This document shows, in pieces, positions 23,633-32,000 of a stretch of 32,000 nt of DNA. The translations under genes and the position numbers were made by a program. The notes under the pieces are model-generated. The model was given only the letters and a program-made list of their open reading frames with translations, did not search any database and had not been told where the DNA came from. The stretch is from an uncultured Chloroflexia bacterium (GTDB lineage: Bacteria > Chloroflexota > Ktedonobacteria > Ktedonobacterales > JADMIN01). Location of the stretch: NCBI GenBank assembly GCA_963718915.1, contig CAVRAI010000007.1, positions 390,001 to 422,000 on the forward strand, in the 5' to 3' direction. Each line of letters starts with the position of its first letter. The first letter of the stretch is position 1.

Positions 23633-25267
23633 TCAGGCGGCGCCCAGCCAGGCGATGAGGCATTCGATGCCTTCGTGTGTGCCCGTCACCTCGCGCAGTC
23701 TGCGGCCAAGCGTGCGCATCATCCAGGCGTTGCCGACCTGCGGGTTGTCGCGTAGCTCGCGCATCTCACTGGCCGCGCGGCGGACACGGAGAAGCATCTC
23801 ACGCGTGCAGAGGCCAAACCCTTCGACATATTCGAGGCTGCGGCGTCGGCAAGCCGACTGGGCGGATGGCTCGGCGAGTCGCCCGGCAAGCGCTTCTTCA
23901 GCGCATCCTAGCCGGTGGGCCAGCGCCAATTCGGTCAGCACTCCGGCTGTGGATGCCTCGTCGCAGACCGCCTCTATCTCCGCTGCAACTCTATGCCCCA
24001 TCGTTGCTGCAATGGCCCACGACAATAGCTCAGGGAGCGCCCGCATCTCGTCGTGGCTGGCATACCGCAGCTTAGAGACTGGCGAGTCAGCGTCTCCACC
24101 ACAGACCAGCGCATCATCACCCATTCCAAGCAGCGGAATCGCCTGGGCCAGCGGCGCCAGCCGCGCGGGAGTCTCGCCTGTCGCCAGCGGGAGCAGCGCA
24201 ACGCGCTCATCGCCACGAACGAACTGGCATAGCGCCAGCGCAAACTGGCTGCCCGCCACCAGTGGCTCATGCACACGCCGTAGCGCCCAACCATCCAGCG
24301 CGCCCGCACGCCGCAGGGCGGCAACCTCACCCATGAACTGATCCATGCGGTCGAGATGCGTGCGGAGCGCGGCGATGCTAAGTTGGGGTGTGTTGGTCGC
24401 GCCGAGAAAGGCCAGTGTCTCGCCCTCCAGGCGGAAGAGCAGCTCGCCGCCTTGCGGAGCCGCCACCAGCGCCTCGCCACTACGCGCGGGCAGCCCGCAC
24501 ATCAGCAGCAGCGAGAGCAGCCGCGCCAGTTTTGCGCCGTGGCGCGTCCAGCTTTCCAGCGCATCCTGCCGCCCGTGCAATACCAGTTCGCGCCCGCCCA
24601 ACTCGACCGATACCCCCGTTCGCGCGGCAAGCTCATAGACCCGCTCGGCGTCGGTGGCTGAGAGCGCGCGCGCCAGATTCACCCGTACCTGTGGCGATTG
24701 CGCCAGCACGGCAGCCGCCACCGCGTAGTTGTAGCGTACGATTACATCTTCGGCAGAAGGGCGCGCGCCAGTGCGGACGAGAATCGCCTGCTCCGGCGCG
24801 TCGAGCGTGATGAGTTCATCCAGTTTTCTGGCTTCCAGTCCCAACTCGCGCTCAGCCTCCGCCATGAAGGACGCGCGCTCTTCCCGGCCCGCGAAGCCCG
24901 GCAACTTGCGGTTCACCCGGCGAAACAGCCAGAGCCGCAGTTCGCTGGCGCTGCAAATGCTCTGAGCCGCCAGCGCCGCAATGTCTTCAGGCGCCAGCAC
25001 CTCAGCCAGAGCGCGGGGACGGTGGCGATAATGCGCGCCGAGGCAGGCCACCAGGCATCGCGCCACTTTGTGATCGCCGAACAGCTGGACGATCACCTCA
25101 TCGTCCAGCGCGCGGCGGGGCTGGCCAAGCATGCGCTCCATGTAGCGGATCGCCATCTCGATGCGCGGCGCAAGGCTGGCGTCGCGCAGGAAGCGTGGAT
25201 AGATGACGCGCATGCCATCCTTGCCGCTACGTCGGGTTGTCTTGCGCAGGTCGGTGAGCTTGAGCAT
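23633..25267 (-). CDS. DUF790-family protein (Bax1-like nuclease partner of XPB helicases)
   Basis: 544-aa ORF starting 6 nt after the helicase stop, with AAGGAG embedded in the helicase 3' end. The N-terminus 'MLKLTDLRKTTRRSGKDGMRVIYPRFLRD' resembles the conserved DUF790 N-terminus (ML..dLl......g..i.P.fl). Adjacency to an XPB-type helicase is the family's signature context. Assignment is from memory, not a search. Confidence 0.6.
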   Translation of the reverse strand: MLKLTDLRKTTRRSGKDGMRVIYPRFLRDASLAPRIEMAIRYMERMLGQPRRALDDEVIVQLFGDHKVARCLVACLGAHYRHRPRALAEVLAPEDIAALAAQSICSASELRLWLFRRVNRKLPGFAGREERASFMAEAERELGLEARKLDELITLDAPEQAILVRTGARPSAEDVIVRYNYAVAAAVLAQSPQVRVNLARALSATDAERVYELAARTGVSVELGGRELVLHGRQDALESWTRHGAKLARLLSLLLMCGLPARSGEALVAAPQGGELLFRLEGETLAFLGATNTPQLSIAALRTHLDRMDQFMGEVAALRRAGALDGWALRRVHEPLVAGSQFALALCQFVRGDERVALLPLATGETPARLAPLAQAIPLLGMGDDALVCGGDADSPVSKLRYASHDEMRALPELLSWAIAATMGHRVAAEIEAVCDEASTAGVLTELALAHRLGCAEEALAGRLAEPSAQSACRRRSLEYVEGFGLCTREMLLRVRRAASEMRELRDNPQVGNAWMMRTLGRRLREVTGTHEGIECLIAWLGAA

Positions 25268-25273
25268 CGGATA

Positions 25274-26662
25274 TCACTCCTTGCGGCGTGTCGGTCGCCG
25301 TCGTCGGGCCGCGTTGCGTTCGGTGGTGCGGCGCGAGATGAGTTCGTAGAGCAGCGCTTCTTTCGGTTTTGGCCGCAGCACGCGCCCCAGCCGCTGCACA
25401 TACTCGCGCATCGAGGCGCTGCCGCTGGCGATGATGGCGACGTTGGCATCGGGCACATCCACGCCTTCGTTTAGCACGCGCCCGGTGACAAGCTTGCTCA
25501 ATGCGCCGGAACGGAAGCCCTCCAGGATGGCGCGGCGCTCGGCGGCAGGTGTGCGATAGGTGATGGCGGGCAATAGCAGCGCGCGGCTGATGCGGTCCAC
25601 CATTTCCACGTATTCAGAGAAGACGATCACCTTGTCGTCGGGATGGCGGCACAGCACCTCTTCGATGGCGCCGATCTTGGCGGTGGCGTTGAGGGCGACC
25701 AGCCGCGCCTCCGCATGCGCCCGTAGCGCCCGGCGCGCCTCTGGCTCGAAGCCGCTCCGGCGAACCAGCTCGGCGAACATGCCAGGGCCGCTCCCCAGTT
25801 GCGAGCGGCGCGTCGCCAGATACCAGCGCCACTCCGCCATCAGCCCCTCGTAGCGCACCTCTTCTTCCGGCGTCAGGTCCACATAGATGCGCTTCTCGCG
25901 ATAGGCGGCGATGTGTTTCTGTGCTGAAAGCTCTTCGCTGTCGCGCGTGTAGACCAGCGGGCCGATCAACGCGGTCAGGTCGTGGTGACGACCATCGGCC
26001 CGCTCTAATGTGGCGCTGAGTCCCAGCCGCCAGGGCGCGACAGCCTTACGGGCGATAGACGAATAGCTCTGCGCGGGCAGGTGGTGCGCCTCGTCGAAGA
26101 CGATCAGACCGTAGCGATCCAGTCTGCGCCGGGGCATGGCGGCGGAGTCGTAGGTGATGACTGTGACGTCCCCCGTCTGACGCTCGCCACCGCCGATGAT
26201 GCCGACCGACTCCAGTGGCAGCCCGAGGTGCTCGGCGAGGCCCGCGCGCCACTGGCGCAGTAGCTCGATGGTTGGCACAACCACCAGCGTCCGCACACCC
26301 AGGCGCGTTATCGCGTCGAAGGCGACGACAGTCTTGCCCGCGCCTGTCGGCAGTACGACGACGCCACGCGCGCTCTCACGCAGCCAGGCGTCCACCGCCT
26401 CCCGCTGATACGAGCGTGGGGTGAGCCGAAGTTGTGGCGATTCTGCCAGCGCAAACGGAGCGCGCTGGACATCCGGCGGCAGGAGAGTATTGATCTTGGA
26501 CGAGGCATCGTCTGGCTCATCTGGCTCATCTGGCTCATCTGGCTCATCTGGCTCATCCGATGCGCTCTGCTCATCGAGTGCGGCAAAGAGGTCGGCGGCC
26601 CAGTCATCTTGTGTATCGTCGTCGCCGTGACGCGCCATGGGCGCAGGTCTTTCATGTGGCAT
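25274..26662 (-). CDS. XPB/ERCC3-like superfamily-2 DNA helicase
   Basis: GGAGAA lies 8 nt upstream of the ATG at 26662. Motifs: 'RSYQREAVDAW', motif I 'VLPTGAGKT', motif II 'FDEAHHL' (DEAH), motif III plus an XPB RED-like stretch 'LGLSATLERADGRH', motif VI 'QRLGRVLR'. Acidic N-terminal tail with (DEP)5. 462 aa. Confidence 0.85.
   Translation of the reverse strand: MPHERPAPMARHGDDDTQDDWAADLFAALDEQSASDEPDEPDEPDEPDEPDDASSKINTLLPPDVQRAPFALAESPQLRLTPRSYQREAVDAWLRESARGVVVLPTGAGKTVVAFDAITRLGVRTLVVVPTIELLRQWRAGLAEHLGLPLESVGIIGGGERQTGDVTVITYDSAAMPRRRLDRYGLIVFDEAHHLPAQSYSSIARKAVAPWRLGLSATLERADGRHHDLTALIGPLVYTRDSEELSAQKHIAAYREKRIYVDLTPEEEVRYEGLMAEWRWYLATRRSQLGSGPGMFAELVRRSGFEPEARRALRAHAEARLVALNATAKIGAIEEVLCRHPDDKVIVFSEYVEMVDRISRALLLPAITYRTPAAERRAILEGFRSGALSKLVTGRVLNEGVDVPDANVAIIASGSASMREYVQRLGRVLRPKPKEALLYELISRRTTERNAARRRRPTRRKE
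26511..26555. repeat. Perfect 9-bp tandem repeat x5 inside the helicase gene
   Basis: TCTGGCTCA repeated five times with no mismatch. On the coding (minus) strand it is GATGAGCCA x5 and encodes (DEP)5. Confidence 0.95.
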
Positions 26663-26730
26663 CGCGAGGGTTCTCCGCTGAGGAAAAGACGCCCTCCTCC
26701 AAAACTAGCGAGGAGGGCATGAAATCTATG

Positions 26731-27258
26731 TCAGGCGGCTGCCTGGCCGCCATCATGGCCGTCGTGATCATTGTGGCCGTCGTCATGCGGGTGGGCCAGC
26801 ACGCCCTGCGCGCCCTGCGCCAGCCGCTGCTCGCTGCGTTCGCCAAAGCCATAGTATGGGCGCAACAGCTGATGTTCGGCGGCGCGCGCCAGCTCCTCGA
26901 CGCTGTGAATATCAAGCTGCGACGAGAGCCGGATCGCCGTGCGCGGGCCAACGTGCGGGACGCGCATCAGGTCGCGCACATCCTCCGGCAGCGACTCTTC
27001 GCAGAGATCCTCGTAGAAGGTCATGTGGCCGGTGGTGGCAAGCTCGGTGATCTTGCGGCGCAGACGGTCGCCGAGTCCTGGCGCATCCAACCGCGCGCCC
27101 TGCGCGAGGATGTCCGTCACCTGCACCGGCAGCGCCAGCATGCCACGGGCGGCGTTGCGGTAGGCCTCGATGCGATATGGGTTGCCCTGCTGCATCTCCA
27201 GCAGCGTGGCAATATTGAATAACACATCAGCGATCTGCTGATTGCTGACTGGCTCCAT
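26731..27258 (-). CDS. Stand-alone helix-hairpin-helix protein resembling the N-terminal 8-kDa + fingers region of family-X DNA polymerases
   Basis: ATG at 27258 is preceded by GGAGAGGA. 'NQQIADVLFNIATLLEMQQGNPYRIEAYRNAARGM' matches the PolX 8-kDa domain signature. Two HhH units: 'APGLGDRLRRKITELATTG' and 'LMRVPHVGPRTAIRLSSQLDIHSVEEL'. There is no palm/thumb or PHP domain. The protein ends in a His/Asp-rich tail 'HPHDDGHNDHDGHDGG'. 175 aa. Its stop lies 68 nt upstream of the helicase start. Confidence 0.75.
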   Translation of the reverse strand: MEPVSNQQIADVLFNIATLLEMQQGNPYRIEAYRNAARGMLALPVQVTDILAQGARLDAPGLGDRLRRKITELATTGHMTFYEDLCEESLPEDVRDLMRVPHVGPRTAIRLSSQLDIHSVEELARAAEHQLLRPYYGFGERSEQRLAQGAQGVLAHPHDDGHNDHDGHDGGQAAA

Positions 27259-27328
27259 CGAATCTTCCTCTCCAGGAGCCTGGACAAGCCGAAGGGTCTG
27301 GGTAATCTCGAACATGGTCTGCCTGCGG

Positions 27329-27347
27329 TTTCTAGAACGACTAGAAA
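27329..27347. promoter_or_regulatory. Perfect inverted repeat (operator-like) upstream of the HhH-helicase-DUF790 cassette
   Basis: TTTCTAG-AACGA-CTAGAAA, with 7-bp arms and a 5-bp spacer, lies 71-89 nt upstream of the ATG at 27258 in a relatively AT-rich intergenic region. Confidence 0.35.
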
Positions 27348-27573
27348 ATACGTTCCATTTTACCACATTGCGCCGGTCTTTGCCACCCCACGTGGGTGTC
27401 TTTCCGGCTGTGTCTAATTTCTTTCCGAGCCGGGAAATTATGGAAGGTTCCGCCATTCTATCGGTGCTTTTGGAGGACTATTTCATCCCTATCGTGCAAG
27501 CTGAAAAAGCGCGTATAATCCACTGCGTCAATGACCGAGATTGCGGATAGACAAACGGCATGTGAGTTCTGCC

Positions 27574-27625
27574 AGCCCGCGCAGGCGGGCTTTGCGGCGA
27601 AGCCCTTAGCCGCGGCTTCAGCCGC
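27574..27625 (+). repeat. Possible divergent fourth copy of the structured intergenic element
   Basis: Hairpin AGCCCGC-GCAG-GCGGGCT (27574-27591), followed by GCGGCGAAGCC (27594-27604) pairing with GGCTTCAGCCGC (27614-27625, 1-nt bulge). It has the same two-module layout and a shared GGCGAA core. It ends about 20 nt before the methyltransferase ATG. Confidence 0.4.
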
Positions 27626-27645
27626 CAGCACCTGAAGGGGACATA

Positions 27646-28416
27646 ATGAGTAACGACAGCACCGATAATCGCGCGCGCTTCGCGCAGGCCACCGAGATCA
27701 CCACCGCTACCTATGACCGTGTCGCGCACAACTATGCCGACCGCAACGATTCACGTCCGGGGCATTGGATGGAGCGGATGGAGCAGTTCGTCAACCTGTT
27801 GGAGGAGAACGAGGCGCGCCAGCCGATCCCCGAACTGGGGCGGCCCGGCGATGACGCTTCACTCGAAGAGTATCTGCAATTCGTGCCTGTGCTTGACGCT
27901 GGCTGCGGGCCGGGACAGGACGCCCGCGCGCTGGCGGCATACAATTTGCCCGTGCTGGGGGTGGACATCTCGCAGGGCATGCTCGACGAGGCGGGCGAAC
28001 GAACCGCACGGCGGCTGCCGAAGGGGTTCATCCGCTACGCGCTGATGGACATGCGGCGGCTGGACCTGCCCGACGCCAGTTGTCGCGGCGTCTGGTGCTC
28101 GGCGTCGCTGCTCCATCTGCCGCTGCGCATCGCGCCACGTGCCGTGCGTGAGCTGGTGCGGGTGACGCGCGTCGGGGGGCCGCTGGCGGTCTTTCTGAAA
28201 GCGCGCAGACCCGATGAAGAGGCCGAGCGGTTGCAGACATACGAGCATCTCGAAGAGGAGCAGGGTCAGCGCTTCTTCGCCTATTACACCCCGGACGAGG
28301 CGCGGGCCTTGCTGGAAGACGCCGGAGTTGAGGCGCTGGAAATGGCGACGATCCCCGACCCTCGCACGCCCGAGACGCTGGGCTGGGTGACGCTGCTGGC
28401 GCGCAAGCCCCTATAA
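27646..28416 (+). CDS. Class I SAM-dependent methyltransferase
   Basis: GAAGGGGA lies upstream of the ATG. Motif I 'VLDAGCGPGQDARALA', later motifs 'GVDISQGML' and 'GVWCSASLLHL', and 'RVGGPLAVFLK'. 256 aa. Confidence 0.85.
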   Translation: MSNDSTDNRARFAQATEITTATYDRVAHNYADRNDSRPGHWMERMEQFVNLLEENEARQPIPELGRPGDDASLEEYLQFVPVLDAGCGPGQDARALAAYNLPVLGVDISQGMLDEAGERTARRLPKGFIRYALMDMRRLDLPDASCRGVWCSASLLHLPLRIAPRAVRELVRVTRVGGPLAVFLKARRPDEEAERLQTYEHLEEEQGQRFFAYYTPDEARALLEDAGVEALEMATIPDPRTPETLGWVTLLARKPL

Positions 28417-28558
28417 AGCCACTCTGTGACGCGCCTGTGATGGGAGACACCGGGACACGATTGAGACGAAGGCGTATAATAGAAAGGTGTGCGCCTGCAT
28501 GCGCGCCGCACGCCGCCAGCGCTACGTCAGGCAACTGGCGAACAAACGCCAGTTCCGC

Positions 28559-28564
28559 TATAAT
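28559..28564 (+). promoter_or_regulatory. Consensus -10 hexamer upstream of the BON-domain gene
   Basis: TATAAT at 28559-28564, preceded by hairpin CTGGCG-AACAAA-CGCCAG. The -35 (TGGCGA, 17-nt spacing) is weak. Its position favours GTG 28609 (RBS AAGGAG 28595-28600) over ATG 28573 as the start codon. Confidence 0.3.
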
Positions 28565-28608
28565 ACGGGAAAATGCCAGAATTATCTCCCGCGAAAGGAG
28601 CCTCCATA

Positions 28609-29601
28609 GTGGTAGCTACCGGTCCCGCTCGCTACTTCTTTCTGCGCCGAATACGGAGCGCCCATGAAGAGGTTCCTCATTGGCCGCCGGAAATCAAGCC
28701 GTTGCAGTTGCCCGATAACCAGGTGACGGTCGCCGTGCTGCTCTACCCAGAGGAGGGTGGCTGGCGCGCTGAGATGGCCAAGGACGAGGCCGCGCTGAAT
28801 GGCGATCTGGGTGGCGCTTTCGTGCTGACCCGCGATACCACAATTGGCGCGACGCCCGATGACCGGCGCGTGGTCGCCGATCTCGCGCTGATGGGCGTGC
28901 GGGTGGCGCTGGCGGGCGAGAAAGGCCCGGAATACACGACCCATCTGGTCGTGCGCGTGCTGGATGGCGGCGCGGGCGCGCCCAAACGCCCGGTCGTCGT
29001 GCCCATCGAGCGGCTGGTTCTGGGGCAGTATGTCGAGCGCGGCAAGCGGACCGTCGCGACGGTGCAATTGAACCTGCAACTGACCGGGGCCGAACTGGCG
29101 CAGATGCCCGCCTATATGCCCGACGCGCTGATCGAGCGCTACGTGCATCAGACCCTCGATGACGCGGTGCCCTCACAGCGCGCGCGCCACGAGATCAAGC
29201 CAGAGGTGCAGGCGGGTCGAGTCAACCTTTACACCGACAACCGCTTTCCCCTCGAATTGGTTACCACGGGCGATATCGCGAAGGCCGCGCTGGAGCGCGC
29301 GCCGGGAGTGGTTGAGATTAGCGACCACATGATCTATTCGGAGTTGCTCCAGCATCAGGTGAGTGTGGCGCTCTCCGCCAAGGGGCTGGGCGATGTCGGC
29401 GTACTCGGCGAGCATGGATTGATCGTGCTAAGTGGCGCCGTCAAAGACAACGCTACCCGGCATCAGGCGCGCGACATCGCGATCAAGGTGACGGGCGTGA
29501 AGGGCGTTGTCAACGACCTCGAAATCCAGACGACGCCTGGTGGTTCTCTTGAGGAAGATCCGGAAGAGGCCGAGATGCGCTCGCAGGTGCATTCCTCATA
29601 G
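28609..29601 (+). CDS. BON-domain-containing protein
   Basis: ORF 28573-29601; the likely start is GTG 28609 (AAGGAG 8 nt upstream). The C-terminus 'VSVALSAKGLGDVGVLGEHGLIVLSGAVKDNATRHQARDIAIKVTGVKGVVNDLEI' is a canonical BON domain. A second BON-like unit lies around 'IKPEVQAGRVNLYTDN...AKAALERAPGVVEISDHM'. Confidence 0.75.
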   Translation: MVATGPARYFFLRRIRSAHEEVPHWPPEIKPLQLPDNQVTVAVLLYPEEGGWRAEMAKDEAALNGDLGGAFVLTRDTTIGATPDDRRVVADLALMGVRVALAGEKGPEYTTHLVVRVLDGGAGAPKRPVVVPIERLVLGQYVERGKRTVATVQLNLQLTGAELAQMPAYMPDALIERYVHQTLDDAVPSQRARHEIKPEVQAGRVNLYTDNRFPLELVTTGDIAKAALERAPGVVEISDHMIYSELLQHQVSVALSAKGLGDVGVLGEHGLIVLSGAVKDNATRHQARDIAIKVTGVKGVVNDLEIQTTPGGSLEEDPEEAEMRSQVHSS

Positions 29602-29632
29602 GCGTTGTAGCCGCAACACCATCTGGTAGCCA

Positions 29633-29654
29633 CCCCTCCCCAAATCGGGAGGGG
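29633..29654 (+). terminator. Terminator-like hairpin after the BON gene
   Basis: CCCCTCCC (29633-29640), loop CAAATC, GGGAGGGG (29647-29654), followed by T-containing TTCAGTTCTCC. Lies 32 nt after the stop. Confidence 0.5.
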
Positions 29655-29709
29655 TTCAGTTCTCCCACAATTTTCGTCTGTCAGCCCAGATTCTTTGTCG
29701 CCATCTTGA

Positions 29710-32000
<2,291 letters not shown>

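Noticed and set aside
23655-25474. Plus-strand ORFs of 228, 132, 140 and 258 aa
   Set aside because: All are antisense or out of frame relative to the DUF790 and helicase genes, with low-complexity Arg/Ser/Ala-rich translations.
26560-27222. 220-aa plus-strand ORF
   Set aside because: It is antisense to the PolX-like HhH gene, which has clear family signatures and a strong RBS.

Overview
High-GC bacterial chromosomal segment (by eye about 60-68% G+C) with strong Shine-Dalgarno usage. I found no rRNA, tRNA, CRISPR, transposase or integrase. About 25 protein-coding genes are supportable. Left to right they are: MarR regulator, alpha/beta hydrolase, SDR oxidoreductase, second alpha/beta hydrolase, TIR-TPR fusion protein (-), multi-pass membrane protein with an extracytoplasmic ConA/LamG-like domain (-), DUF1269 membrane protein, a Tat-signal DUF1800/DUF1501 pair (DUF1800 is frameshifted), a decayed FGE-sulfatase gene fragment, a TIR-FGE-sulfatase fusion protein (-), a decayed MFS gene fragment, a Q/P-rich membrane-anchored hypothetical, an MFS transporter (-), a Rieske oxygenase / SAM methyltransferase / Cys-rich pentapeptide-repeat trio, a frameshifted secreted hypothetical (-), a large secreted beta-helix protein (-), a three-gene minus-strand cassette of PolX-N-terminal-like HhH protein, XPB-like SF2 helicase and DUF790 (Bax1-like), a second methyltransferase, a BON-domain protein, and one long ORF in which an ArsR-type wHTH protein runs without a stop codon into an F-type ATPase beta subunit (atpD, truncated by the window end). 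The best leads for an undescribed system are: (1) two paralogous TIR heads that keep the catalytic-Glu motif, each fused to a different sensor-type module (TPR array, FGE-sulfatase domain), the second sitting in a locus scarred by partial gene duplications; (2) the HhH-XPB-DUF790 cassette; (3) a structured intergenic element present in 3-4 copies whose hairpin stem shows compensatory base changes; (4) the stop-less ArsR-atpD junction, with atpD at the head of its cluster. Three reading-frame anomalies occur in this window, and two of them lie at short G/C runs. Assembly indels must therefore be excluded before treating any of them as biology. Taxonomy cannot be determined from the window alone; the domain repertoire resembles filamentous or multicellular high-GC bacteria such as Chloroflexota or Actinomycetota.
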